Assembly: GCA_020354125.1 (NCBI GenBank)
Contig: CP070643.1
Location: forward strand, 1,389,991-1,453,990
DNA: 64,000 bases
Direction: 5' to 3'
From: Betaproteobacteria bacterium
GTDB taxonomy: Bacteria > Pseudomonadota > Gammaproteobacteria > Burkholderiales > Eutrophovitaceae
Positions 7,747 through 17,428 of this stretch are shown in pieces. Under the pieces are notes generated by a model that had not been told where the DNA came from, did no database searches, and saw only the letters and a program-made list of their open reading frames with translations. A program made the position numbers and the translations under genes. Positions within the stretch are counted from its first letter, which is position 1. The number at the start of each line of letters is the position of its first letter.

Positions 7747-9045
7747 TTACGCGACGTTTACAGCAACTCGGTGCATCGAATTGTTCAGGTAGCCTTTCGG
7801 GTTCCACGCAATGCTGAACGGTTGTTGTTCGCCAGTGTCATCTGTCGCACGCGCCCAGACCTCGTAATAACCCTTGCTCGGGAATCGCACCCGGGCGGTG
7901 AAATGCTGCCATGCGTAAGGATTGGCTGGCTTACGCAGATTCGCCTTTATCCACGTCGCCCCAAAATCGATGGACAGATCGACCGACTTCACCGAATGGT
8001 CTCCAGCCCACGCGTGACCGCGGACATCCAACGCTCGGGAACCGGACAACGCGATACCACTTTCGGGATAGGTGATCAGCGATTTCACCGGCATGGCTTC
8101 GATGATCTGAAAATCTTCTTTGGGTACTTTCTGGCCAGGTGCGACCGGATAGCCAGGCACCCGATAGGATGTGCCGGTCATCTTGGCACCATCATGAACC
8201 TGATCGCGAACACGTACGCGCGTTAGCCACTTCTGCGAACACGATCCCGGCCAGCCGGGCACCACAAGTCTCAGCGGCGCGCCGTTCATCGGATGAATGG
8301 GTGCCCCGTTCTGCTCAAACGCGATGAGGTTGTAGGGATTCATTGCTTTGGCAATCGGCACGCCGCGCGAGATCGGATCCTTGTCGGGATTACCGGAAAG
8401 ATGGGCGTCTGCACCATAGTGCGCGGTATAGACGGCGCCGCTCTTGACGCCGGCTGTTTTCAATACGTCTGCCAGGCGAACACCAGTCCACTGCGAAGAC
8501 GCGACCGCGCCGAGTGTCCATTGATTGCCCTTGGCCTTCGGATCGAAATACGCGCGGCCGTTGCCACCACATTCAATCGTCAGTTGCAGTTTCACGACTT
8601 CGAAACGGCGCTCGAGTTCAGCGATGCTGAGCGTCATCGGTGAGTTCACTTCGCCGTCGATTTGCAGCGTCCAGTTTGCGGCCTCAATGTTGGCAGGGGG
8701 GATGCCATTGTTGCGCACAAAGTGGCGTGCCGTCGGCGTGACAGCGTCGTCGAGCAAATGCGGCGGGCATTCAGCATTGACCGGGCGGTCATTGAGAACA
8801 ACCAGGCCGTCCTTGTTTTCGATGCGAAACCCTTCTTCCGCCAATGCTACCGGAATCAAACCACCCGGCATGTTGCGATGAAAGGGAATCGCACCCCCCA
8901 GCAACGCTGCCATGGTCGCAAGCCCGGCGCCCTTCAGAAAACCGCGCCGATCGGCGTAAGTTTCGCGACCGAATACGACACGGTCTGCATTCTGCGGATC
9001 TTCCGCATAGAGTTCAAAGATGTCCTTACCGGAGTTTTTATCCAT
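7747..9045 (-). CDS. SorA-like sulfite dehydrogenase / sulfite-oxidase-family molybdopterin oxidoreductase (Tat-exported)
   Basis: Twin-arginine signal ADRRGFLKGAGLATMAALLGG. 432 aa with the sulfite-oxidase-family Moco and dimerisation domain pattern (TIECGGNGR, PLRLVVPGW). Confidence 0.8.
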   Translation of the reverse strand: MDKNSGKDIFELYAEDPQNADRVVFGRETYADRRGFLKGAGLATMAALLGGAIPFHRNMPGGLIPVALAEEGFRIENKDGLVVLNDRPVNAECPPHLLDDAVTPTARHFVRNNGIPPANIEAANWTLQIDGEVNSPMTLSIAELERRFEVVKLQLTIECGGNGRAYFDPKAKGNQWTLGAVASSQWTGVRLADVLKTAGVKSGAVYTAHYGADAHLSGNPDKDPISRGVPIAKAMNPYNLIAFEQNGAPIHPMNGAPLRLVVPGWPGSCSQKWLTRVRVRDQVHDGAKMTGTSYRVPGYPVAPGQKVPKEDFQIIEAMPVKSLITYPESGIALSGSRALDVRGHAWAGDHSVKSVDLSIDFGATWIKANLRKPANPYAWQHFTARVRFPSKGYYEVWARATDDTGEQQPFSIAWNPKGYLNNSMHRVAVNVA

Positions 9046-9208
9046 TGCAACTCCTCAATGAATCCAATTATTTTGTAATAAATCTGTCACAAAACAACAC
9101 GCGAAGTGGAACCATTTAACACTGCAACGACTGTCGAGGTTCTGTCCTTGATCAAGAAATGCGAAGGGAATTGCAGCCAGTAGCGACCGGTGTGGCTGAA
9201 TCTTGGGT

Positions 9209-10984
9209 TCAGCTGATTTGCGCAGCTTCGGCACCAAGCGCGAACTGAAGCTGGTGCAAGCGAGCATAAATATCACCGCGAGCCAGCAGTTCCGCATGGC
9301 TACCACTCTCGGCAATACGACCTTCATCTAGAACGACAATCCGATCAGCGTTCTCAATAGTCGACAAACGGTGCGCAATAACGATCGTCGTTCTCCCCTT
9401 CATCAGCGAATCGAGCGCTCTCTGCACGTGTTTTTCCGATTCCGAGTCAAGCGCTGAGGTCGCCTCGTCGAGAATGACAACGGGCGTGTTCTTCAGAATG
9501 GTCCGAGCGATCGCCAGGCGCTGGCGCTGCCCACCGGAAAGGCGCACACCCTTTTCACCGATGAGCGTATCCAGTCCCTGCGGCATGGCGCGAATGAATT
9601 CCATGGCATACGCCGCCTCGGCCGCCACTATGATTTGCTCCCGGCTTGCACCGGCATTGTCGCCATAGGCTATGTTTGCAGCGACGGTGTCATTGAACAA
9701 CGCGACTTCCTGACTGACCAGTGCGATGTTGGCACGCAAGCTGGCAAGTGTCAGTGTGCCGATGTCGTGACCGTCGAGCAGTATGCGTCCCGAATCGGGG
9801 TGGAAGAAACGCGGCACCATGTTGGCGAAAGTCGTCTTTCCACCGCCGGAAGGACCCACCAGCGCGATCGTTTCTCCGGGCGCAATAGCCAGATTGATAT
9901 CAGCCAGCGCCGGGCGACTACTATTAGGGTACTGAAAACTGACGTGCTCGAAACGCAACTCACCTTTGGCACGTGGCAGTTCGAAGGTACCTGTATCGAT
10001 TTCGGGCATTTCATCAATCAAAGAGAACACTGATTCCGCAGCGGCCAGTCCTCGCTGCAAGTGTTCGGTTACGCCGGTCAGGCGTTTCAGAGGCGCCGTC
10101 ATCATCAGCATGGCGGCAAGAAACGACACGAAGCCGCCAACGGTGGTCGTGTTCGCTTGTGCCTGAACCGTGACGTAATAAACAACGACTGCGGTCGCGA
10201 GCGCTGCGAGCAATTGCACAATCGGAACATTTGCCGACGCCGCTGTGGTCTGCTTCATCATGAAGCCGCGCAAGGCGTTACTCGTGTCATTGAAACGCGT
10301 CGTCTCGTAAGACTGCCCGCCAAAGGTCTTCACGACTTTGTTGCAATCAATCGTTTCCTGTACAACGTGGGTAAGATTACCCATCGCAGCCTGGGTCAAG
10401 CGGCTCGCCTTGCGCAAGCGGATATTGAAGTAACGCACAACGATCGCAATCGGCGGGATCATGCATAGCGAGATGAAAGTCAGCTTCCAGTCGACGTAGA
10501 GCAAGTACGCGAATAGCCCGATTATGGTCAGCGAATCTTTCACCAACACCGTAATCACCTGTGTCGCGGCCTGAGTGACCTGGGCGACATCAAAGGTGAA
10601 ACGCGAGATCAGATTACCCGTGGTCTGGTCATGGAAGTATCCGAGTGGTAAGGCCAGCATGCGGCGGAACATCTGGTCGCGCAAATCCATGACCACCTTG
10701 TTGCCAACCCAGGCGCTGGCGTACTGACCCATAAAGCTGCCCACGCCCCGGAAGATGAACAAGAAGACCAGGAAAACCGGCATCCATTTGATCAGCAGCG
10801 GGTCCTTGTCAACGAAAGTGCCGTCAAGGAACGGCTTCACTGCGGCAGGCAATGCCACTTCCGTCACTGCGCTGATCAGCATGCCGAGTATCGACAAAGC
10901 AAACACCAGGGCGTACGGGCGCACGTAGCGCAGCAGCCGCAAATACAGCTGCGTGCTGGTCATCATCTGCATGGCGCGCACCAT
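9209..10984 (-). CDS. msbA: lipid A export ABC transporter permease/ATPase MsbA
   Basis: 591 aa, with a six-TM N-terminal domain and an ABC ATPase domain. Walker A is GPSGGGKTT, signature LSGGQRQR, Walker B VVILDEATSALD. Confidence 0.85.
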   Translation of the reverse strand: MVRAMQMMTSTQLYLRLLRYVRPYALVFALSILGMLISAVTEVALPAAVKPFLDGTFVDKDPLLIKWMPVFLVFLFIFRGVGSFMGQYASAWVGNKVVMDLRDQMFRRMLALPLGYFHDQTTGNLISRFTFDVAQVTQAATQVITVLVKDSLTIIGLFAYLLYVDWKLTFISLCMIPPIAIVVRYFNIRLRKASRLTQAAMGNLTHVVQETIDCNKVVKTFGGQSYETTRFNDTSNALRGFMMKQTTAASANVPIVQLLAALATAVVVYYVTVQAQANTTTVGGFVSFLAAMLMMTAPLKRLTGVTEHLQRGLAAAESVFSLIDEMPEIDTGTFELPRAKGELRFEHVSFQYPNSSRPALADINLAIAPGETIALVGPSGGGKTTFANMVPRFFHPDSGRILLDGHDIGTLTLASLRANIALVSQEVALFNDTVAANIAYGDNAGASREQIIVAAEAAYAMEFIRAMPQGLDTLIGEKGVRLSGGQRQRLAIARTILKNTPVVILDEATSALDSESEKHVQRALDSLMKGRTTIVIAHRLSTIENADRIVVLDEGRIAESGSHAELLARGDIYARLHQLQFALGAEAAQIS

Positions 10985-11119
10985 AGCAGAGCGTGGTCAA
11001 AAACAAAACGATCCGGACTGGACAAGTTGCCCCTCATTCGCGTGGCGCTATAGGTCAATCGATTCTATCGGTCATACGCCAAACGAGAACATGATCTTCA
11101 GGACAGAGCGGGGCGTGAC

Positions 11120-13222
11120 CTATCTCCCGAAGCGGTACTCAGCAAACGCGGTCACGGTTCGCTCAGGAAGCGGATAGGCGTTGTAGGCATCGGTTATGAG
11201 GCTGCGAACAGCATAGGCGTAATACTGCTTGTCAAAAAGATTGTTCACTACCAAGCCCAATCGCCAATTGGCAATATCGTGCGAATATTTCAAGTCAAAA
11301 ACCGAGTAAGCCGGGATCTTGGTACCGAAGTCGTTGGCTTCGTCGTTATCCATAAACTGTTCGCTCGCGTAGCGGAACGTCATGGTCAAAAAGGACTTCT
11401 CCGAGGTCAACCAGCGCGCGTATGCGGTTACTTTGTGTCGCGGTACGAGCGGTACTGTGTTTCCGGAAATATCGACCGGCCCTCCGACGCTCGAGAACGT
11501 TCCCTCAAGAAACTTTGCCTCAGTATAGGCATAGCTTGCGCCGAGATTGACCTCTTTGAAAGACAAGGCCGATTCAAGTTCAACTCCTCTTCGGCGCGAC
11601 GGCGGGAGATTCGTGTTGCCGATGCCAGTGCTGTACGGATCCAGATGTATCTCGTCCTCGACATCGATCTGGAAGACGGTCGCACGAAGCAACTGTGCGT
11701 TCCACCTGCGTTCCACGCCGATATCTATGTTTTGAGCGGTTTGAGGGCGCAGAAACTGGAACTCCCTCTGGAAGGTTGGAGAGAATTCGTAAATCTCATC
11801 AATGGTCGCGAAGCGAAAACTGCGCCCGGTGCTCGCGAGCACTGACCAGCTCGTAGTCAGTTCGTAGCGCAGTCCAAGATCATAGGCATGTTCACGAAGA
11901 TCTTGCTCGCCATCCGGCGCTTCGGAACCGAACGCGCCCCCCGGCGCCGTCGGGTCGTAATCATCAGTTGCCTCGATTTCTTGCCACTGCTCGCGCCAGC
12001 CCAATGACAGTTGCATGGTGTCGGTTAACGTCAGGATATCGTGAAGGTAATATGCGTAATCCCGTTGCGTTGCGCGCACCCTGTTTATCGGCGTGCCGAT
12101 ATTGGCGGGATCATTTGACACATCCAGTTGGTAGTCCCAGCTATAGAAATCCAATCCAATAACGAGTTGGTTCTGCCGACCGAACAGATCGGCAGGAATC
12201 TTCATTCTTGGCGTCAGGCTCCAGACACCAAGATCCGTCTCCCGGTAGTCCGGAAATCCGCCAAAGTAGAAGTATGAAGTCTGCGCCTTGTCCCGGTAAC
12301 CCAGTTCGGCGTCTATCAGGCCGATGTCTTGGCGGCTCGACAGCGCGAGCGTCGCGTAACCACCATCGCGTGTCGCAAAGTCTAGTGGCGTCGACGTGCC
12401 GCGACGATCGTCTTCAAGTTCATTGATACCCGCACTCGGCTCAACGCGCCTGCCTCCCGGCAAACGGACATCCTGTCGATCAGCGCCGATGCGAAGCGAC
12501 ACATCGTTTGAGATTCCCGCGCGCCGCAAATCTAATTTCAGTACCGAATCGTCAGTCTCATTATTGTCTCGGTAACCATCGGATGAATAAGTGTACGCGT
12601 TGATATTCAACCCATATTGGTCCTTGAGCAAGGTTGCATCGATCTTGGCTTCCCGCGTATCAAACGAACCGTAGCGGGCACCGACAGTTGCCCGGCTGCT
12701 CTCCCCGGATGGTGATCGCGTGATGATGTTCACCACACCGGCTACAGCACCATCTCCGTACAGCACGGAGCCAGTACCACGAACAATTTCGATGCGCTCG
12801 ACGCTCGACAGCGGGATCGAAGACCACTTTACGCCGGACAGATCGATATCGCTGACGCGACGACCGTTGACGAGAATGAGTGTGTTCTGACCACCGGTGA
12901 CGCCGAAGCCGCGCAGATCGATGATGGTGTTGGTACCGTTGTTGCCGAACAAGTCGCTCGGAACAACGCCGACCTGACCTGCGAGGACCTCCGGTACCGT
13001 TCTTGCCGGACTAGCTTCAATCTCCTGCCTGGTTATGACAGTGAGATTGACCGGCCGCTTGACGTCCAACTCTTCAGTAAAGCGCGTCGCGGTGACGACC
13101 ACCTCGTCCGTGCGTACGTCAATAGCGTCGTCAGCATCCTTGCCATCCTCGGCGAATGCAAACGCTGGCGCCATAAGCAATACAGTCCCGATGATTCCTG
13201 CCCGCCGGCATACGCTGGCCAT
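11120..13222 (-). CDS. TonB-dependent outer-membrane receptor, cobalamin-riboswitch controlled (BtuB-like)
   Basis: Signal peptide, TonB box DEVVVTATR, plug and beta-barrel, and a C-terminal aromatic end ...AEYRFGR. A B12 riboswitch lies immediately upstream. Confidence 0.85.
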   Translation of the reverse strand: MASVCRRAGIIGTVLLMAPAFAFAEDGKDADDAIDVRTDEVVVTATRFTEELDVKRPVNLTVITRQEIEASPARTVPEVLAGQVGVVPSDLFGNNGTNTIIDLRGFGVTGGQNTLILVNGRRVSDIDLSGVKWSSIPLSSVERIEIVRGTGSVLYGDGAVAGVVNIITRSPSGESSRATVGARYGSFDTREAKIDATLLKDQYGLNINAYTYSSDGYRDNNETDDSVLKLDLRRAGISNDVSLRIGADRQDVRLPGGRRVEPSAGINELEDDRRGTSTPLDFATRDGGYATLALSSRQDIGLIDAELGYRDKAQTSYFYFGGFPDYRETDLGVWSLTPRMKIPADLFGRQNQLVIGLDFYSWDYQLDVSNDPANIGTPINRVRATQRDYAYYLHDILTLTDTMQLSLGWREQWQEIEATDDYDPTAPGGAFGSEAPDGEQDLREHAYDLGLRYELTTSWSVLASTGRSFRFATIDEIYEFSPTFQREFQFLRPQTAQNIDIGVERRWNAQLLRATVFQIDVEDEIHLDPYSTGIGNTNLPPSRRRGVELESALSFKEVNLGASYAYTEAKFLEGTFSSVGGPVDISGNTVPLVPRHKVTAYARWLTSEKSFLTMTFRYASEQFMDNDEANDFGTKIPAYSVFDLKYSHDIANWRLGLVVNNLFDKQYYAYAVRSLITDAYNAYPLPERTVTAFAEYRFGR

Positions 13223-13605
13223 TGCCTACTCCCGTAGTGCGTACACCCGCCGTGTACGTTCGGTTAACAGGGGAGGTCACTCGAGGGAACAGCTATGGCT
13301 TCAAAGCCGGTCTTCCGCCCCTCGCGAAGACTCCGTCGCTGTTCGCGAGGCCGATATCCGGGCTCACGAGTCTTGATGCGTCGCCTTCCCGCGGCGCAGG
13401 CGGACAATGCCTGCCGCTCACAGTGGCTGGAAACCTGAATAGGTGAGCAGATTTCCTAATTGACGCACCCGCACTCGCCTACCGTTGCGGGGGCAGCACA
13501 GGACTATGTGACAACAATGCGCACCATATTGGTGCGAAATTCGTCACCTTCACCTGATTTCCCGTTTAACCCTGGCAAAACTGGCTATCCAAGGCACCTC
13601 GGAAC
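13223..13605 (-). promoter_or_regulatory. cobalamin (B12) riboswitch with expression platform
   Basis: The reverse strand reads GGTTAAACGGGAAATCAGGTGAA...GCTGCCCCCGCAACGGTAGG...GCCACTGTGAGCGG...CCGCGGGAAGG. A B12-box-like GAGCCCGGATATCGGCC follows (plus 13349-13365). Compare the E. coli btuB leader, recalled from memory. Downstream, CCTCCCC can pair with the GGGAG SD at 13229-13233. Confidence 0.8.
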
Positions 13606-13741
13606 GCCGGAGATTGTACATCGGCAGCCACTTTCAGGGGCAGGCATTAAAGTCGCATGATTCGGCATTAAAGATGCTAAATAACATTCAATACATTCTG
13701 TTACCGGTTGACTTTTCAGAACTTTTAAATATAGTGTTGCC

Positions 13742-13942
13742 ATGGAAGCTGAGATCAACAGCCTCGACGAGAAAGTTCAACAGCTGGCTCTCCTGTGTCA
13801 GCGACTGCGCAAAGACAACTCACAGTTGCGACAGCAACTGGCGACGGCACGCAATGAAAACCAGCGACTAAGCGATAAAATCAGCGCTGCCACCGGTCGT
13901 CTTGAAACACTTCTCGAGAAAATTCCGGAAGAGCCGAAATGA
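13742..13942 (+). CDS. small coiled-coil protein upstream of zapA (ZapB-like / TIGR02449-type)
   Basis: 66 aa with heptad-rich sequence (LDEKVQQLALLCQRLRKDNSQLRQQLA). It overlaps the zapA start by ATGA. This position matches the small coiled-coil gene usually found upstream of zapA. Confidence 0.6.
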   Translation: MEAEINSLDEKVQQLALLCQRLRKDNSQLRQQLATARNENQRLSDKISAATGRLETLLEKIPEEPK

Positions 13943-14247
13943 GCAGAGAAGCGCCTGGAATGGATGTCACCATACTCGGCCGACAATTCCGGGTCGCTTG
14001 CACCGAAGACGAACAACAGGAACTGCTGAAAGCAGTCTCTTACCTGGATGGAAAAATGCGTGAAATCCGCGATGGCGGCAAAGTCATCGGCGTCGAGCGC
14101 ATTGCCATCATGGCAGCTTTGAACATGGCCCATGAGCTGATGTCAGTCAGTGTCGACGGCGTTGACCTCGGCGAAGTGCGGCGTAGAATGTCCGAGATGC
14201 GGGCGATGATCGACGAGGTCCTCTCCGCCCAGGATGAACTGTTCTAA
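13939..14247 (+). CDS. zapA: cell division protein ZapA
   Basis: 102 aa. VTILGRQFRVACTEDEQQELLKAVSYLDGKMREIR...RIAIMAALNMAHEL is a typical ZapA pattern, and 6S RNA follows as in E. coli. Confidence 0.85.
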   Translation: MSREAPGMDVTILGRQFRVACTEDEQQELLKAVSYLDGKMREIRDGGKVIGVERIAIMAALNMAHELMSVSVDGVDLGEVRRRMSEMRAMIDEVLSAQDELF

Positions 14248-14261
14248 TCGGCGGTTCTTCC

Positions 14262-14462
14262 GCGATCCCATGTCCCCTGCGGTGTGCGTTTAGGCTGTCG
14301 TTTCTCTGAACCAACGTAACCACCCCAGGTCGCCGACTCAAGTAACGCTATTGTGCGCGTCCAACGCGGACGTACCTGAGGCGTTCGGGAGGTGGCCGCT
14401 CTTGAACCAGTCGGTTCAGGATATCGGCCTGACGGCATGCGCGGGGGGCTCCCCATCGACGG
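14262..14462 (+). ncRNA. ssrS: 6S RNA (ssrS)
   Basis: It lies immediately after zapA. The 3' half CTTGAACCAGTCGGTTCAGGATATCGGCCTGACGGCATGCGCGG parallels E. coli CUUGAACCAAGGGUUCAAGGGUUACAGCCUGCGGCGGCAUCUCGG, recalled from memory. The 5' CGAT...CCCCTGCG can pair with the 3' CGCGGGGGG...ATCG as a closing stem. The ends are approximate. Confidence 0.7.
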
Positions 14463-14496
14463 AGATTGCGACAAGCGAAAGCTGTATTCTCCAGCA

Positions 14497-14519
14497 AAGC
14501 GGCATGGCCGCTTTTTTTG
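14497..14519 (+). terminator. rho-independent terminator after zapA-ssrS
   Basis: Stem agcggc (14498-14503) pairs with gccgct (14507-14512), followed by a T-run at 14512-14518. Confidence 0.6.
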
Positions 14520-14552
14520 TTTGCGCCCAAGACAAATGAAACCCCGAGCCAA

Positions 14553-15014
14553 ATGAAATATTGGTTGATGAAATCCGAGCCCGACGCATTTAGTGTCGAT
14601 GACCTTGCCGCACGGCCAAAGAAAACCGAGCCGTGGGATGGCATACGCAATTACCAGGCGCGTAACTTCATGCGCGACGACATGAAGCGCGGCGACCTGG
14701 TTTTTTTCTACCACTCGAGCTGTCCGCAGCCCGGTATCGCGGGCATCATGAAAATCTCGAAAACAGCGTATCCTGACGAAACGCAGTTTGACGAAAGCAG
14801 CAAGTATTACGATCCCAAGGCAACGCGCGCCAACCCGCGCTGGCTCAACGTCGATGTCACTCTGGTGAAGAAAACACGCCTGATCGGCATCCAGGAGCTG
14901 CGCTCCCATCCGCAACTAGCGTCGATGCAGATCCTCAGACGCGGCAACCGACTATCGATTACACCGATCAGCGAAGCCGAGTGGCAATTCATCGTGTCAC
15001 TTATCGACGCATAG
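14553..15014 (+). CDS. EVE (PUA-like) domain protein
   Basis: MKYWLMKSEPDAFSVDDL...WDGIRNYQARNFMRD...GDLVFFYHS is the EVE-domain signature. I prefer the ATG at 14553, which lies after the terminator, over the ORF-track start at 14466. Confidence 0.85.
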   Translation: MKYWLMKSEPDAFSVDDLAARPKKTEPWDGIRNYQARNFMRDDMKRGDLVFFYHSSCPQPGIAGIMKISKTAYPDETQFDESSKYYDPKATRANPRWLNVDVTLVKKTRLIGIQELRSHPQLASMQILRRGNRLSITPISEAEWQFIVSLIDA

Positions 15015-15023
15015 GCACGAACC

Positions 15024-15824
15024 TTGGAGTGGTGGATTGCCTATTTGTTGCTGGGCCTGTTTGTCGGACTGTTTGCCGGCATGTTGGGCATTGGCGGCGG
15101 GATGTTGTTGGTGCCGCTATTGGTGTTCATGTTTTCTGCTCAGGATTTCCCCGCTGACCGAACATTGCATCTCGCGATCGGTACTTCACTGACGACAATT
15201 GTATTCACGTCGCTGTCCAGCATTCGAGCGCATCACATGCGCCGTGCCGTGCGCTGGGATATCGTGCGCAGGGCGGCCGCTGGTCTGGTGATTGGCACCA
15301 TTCTTGGCGCATTTCTCGCCGACTGGCTCGATGCGCGGTTGCTGGCGATCGTGTTTGTTATCTTCGTATCCTACTCGGCGACACAGATGCTGCTCGATGT
15401 GAAACCCAAGCCGACCAGGCGGCTGCCTGGTCCGGCCGGAATGGCTGCTGGTTCAGGAGTGGTTGGCGTGATTTCCAGCCTGGTTGGCGCCGGCGGCGGC
15501 GTCGTCAGCATTCCGCTGATGGTGATGTGCAATGTGGAAATGCGAAACGCGGTGGGAACGTCCGCGGCACTGGGCTTTCCGATCGCCCTCGCCGGTGCGC
15601 TTGCCTATGCCTACACCGGCCTCGGCGAACCGAACCTGCCACCAATGGGCCTCGGTTATGTCTATTTGCCAGCGCTCATTAGCATTGTGATCGGGACATT
15701 TGTCACCGTACCGATCGGGGCACATCTTGCGCACAGCATGCCGGTTGTACGGTTGAAGAAAATCTTTGCCGTGATTCTGTTCCTGCTCGCTGCCAGAATG
15801 CTCTGGTCGATTTTTTCCGGGTAA
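15024..15824 (+). CDS. TauE/SafE (TSUP) family anion exporter
   Basis: A 266-aa membrane protein with an internal duplication and glycine-rich GxGGG segments typical of TSUP/TauE. Confidence 0.8.
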   Translation: MEWWIAYLLLGLFVGLFAGMLGIGGGMLLVPLLVFMFSAQDFPADRTLHLAIGTSLTTIVFTSLSSIRAHHMRRAVRWDIVRRAAAGLVIGTILGAFLADWLDARLLAIVFVIFVSYSATQMLLDVKPKPTRRLPGPAGMAAGSGVVGVISSLVGAGGGVVSIPLMVMCNVEMRNAVGTSAALGFPIALAGALAYAYTGLGEPNLPPMGLGYVYLPALISIVIGTFVTVPIGAHLAHSMPVVRLKKIFAVILFLLAARMLWSIFSG

Positions 15825-15853
15825 CGAATCGGCGACCAGTTAACAGGGCAAGA

Positions 15854-17359
15854 CTAGCCGAAGTGTTCGCGCAACAGGTTCTTCTGGACTTTTCCCATCG
15901 CATTGCGCGGTAGCGCATCGACAAAGTAAACGCGCTTCGGAACTTTGTATCCAGCCAGTCTCGACTTGAGCGTGCCAATGATGCTTGCTTCGTCGGTCTC
16001 AGCGCCGGGTCTAAGGACAACGACTCCGGTAACCGCTTCGCCAAAATCAGCGTGTGGCAGACCGATGACGGCCGACTCAATTACCTGCGGCAGTTCATCG
16101 AGCGCCAATTCGATTTCTTTCGGATAGACGTTATAGCCGCCGGTAATGATCAGATCCTTGGCGCGGCCGACGATCGACAGATAGCCATCCGAATCGAATA
16201 CACCGATATCTCCTGTGCGAAACCAACCATCAGCGGTGAACTCCTGCTTCGTTCTCTCCGGCATGCGCCAGTAACCACTGAAAACATTCTCGCCTTTGAT
16301 CTGAATCGCGCCTTTATCGCCTACCGGTAACGACTGGTCCACTTCATCGACGACGCGCACTTCGACCCCGGGCAGAGGAAAGCCAACGGTGCCGGCGCGG
16401 CGCTCACCTTCATAAGGGTTCGAAGTAATCATGCCGGCCTCGGACATGCCATAGCGCTCGAGGATACGGTGACCGGTGCGCTGTTCAAATTGGCTGTGGG
16501 TTTCTGCCAGCAATGGTGCTGAGCCGGATATGAACAGCCGCATTTGCCGACAGCTTTCCCGAGACAGGCCCGATTCCCCAAGTAATCGTGTGTAATAGGT
16601 CGGCACGCCCATGAATACGGTCGCATTTTCCAGTTGCCGAACCACCGATTGCGCGTTGAAACGGTTATTCCAGAGAATCCTCGCGCCGCTGGTAAGCGCA
16701 CAGTGAGTAGCAACGAACAGGCCGTGCACATGGAAGATGGGCAGCGTGTGCAACAACACGTCGTCACGGGTGAATTGCCACACCTGCTTTAGCGCCTGCG
16801 AATTTGACACCAGGTTGCCATGCGTCACCATCGCGCCCTTGCTGCGCCCGGTTGTGCCCGAGGTATAGATGATCACCGCCAGATCACTCGCACCGCAGAG
16901 CCGCGTGTCAAACTGTGCCGATGCTTGAGCCGCACGCTTCGCAAAGTCACTGTCTGTGCCCCCAGCCAGCGTCATTACCGTTGCGCCAATTGAAGCACTC
17001 GACACGGCATTGATTGCATCCAGTTTCTCTGGCTCGACCAGAATCAAACCCGGTTCGGCGTCACGCAGAAAGTAATCAAGCTCGCTCGTTTGGTATGCCG
17101 TATTCAGCGGCAAATAAACCATTCCCACGCGCAAACAGGCAAGGTAAACAAACAACGACCCAACACTTTTATGAATCTGTGCCGCGACGCGATCGCCCGG
17201 TTGCAGACCGGCTTCCAGCAACGCATTTGCGGTGCGTGCCACCTCACGATCCAGCTCACCGTAAGTTAACGAAGCACCGTCCTCAGTTTCAATAGCGACG
17301 CGGTCCGAATCATCTGCAACAGCACGCGCCATTTCCAGGTACATGTTGCTATTGCTCAT
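15854..17359 (-). CDS. matB: malonyl-CoA synthetase (MatB-type AMP-forming ligase)
   Basis: The N-terminal block GDRVAAQIHKSVGSLFVYLACLRVGMVYLPLNTAYQTSELDYFLRDAEP closely parallels Rhizobium MatB, recalled from memory. The AMP-binding motif IIYTSGTTGRSKG is present. Confidence 0.75.
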   Translation of the reverse strand: MSNSNMYLEMARAVADDSDRVAIETEDGASLTYGELDREVARTANALLEAGLQPGDRVAAQIHKSVGSLFVYLACLRVGMVYLPLNTAYQTSELDYFLRDAEPGLILVEPEKLDAINAVSSASIGATVMTLAGGTDSDFAKRAAQASAQFDTRLCGASDLAVIIYTSGTTGRSKGAMVTHGNLVSNSQALKQVWQFTRDDVLLHTLPIFHVHGLFVATHCALTSGARILWNNRFNAQSVVRQLENATVFMGVPTYYTRLLGESGLSRESCRQMRLFISGSAPLLAETHSQFEQRTGHRILERYGMSEAGMITSNPYEGERRAGTVGFPLPGVEVRVVDEVDQSLPVGDKGAIQIKGENVFSGYWRMPERTKQEFTADGWFRTGDIGVFDSDGYLSIVGRAKDLIITGGYNVYPKEIELALDELPQVIESAVIGLPHADFGEAVTGVVVLRPGAETDEASIIGTLKSRLAGYKVPKRVYFVDALPRNAMGKVQKNLLREHFG

Positions 17360-17428
17360 GGTATTTTTCTCGATTCTATGTGTAGCTGCTTCTATCGTTG
17401 CGTCGTTCCCAGCCGCGCTCGACGCGGT

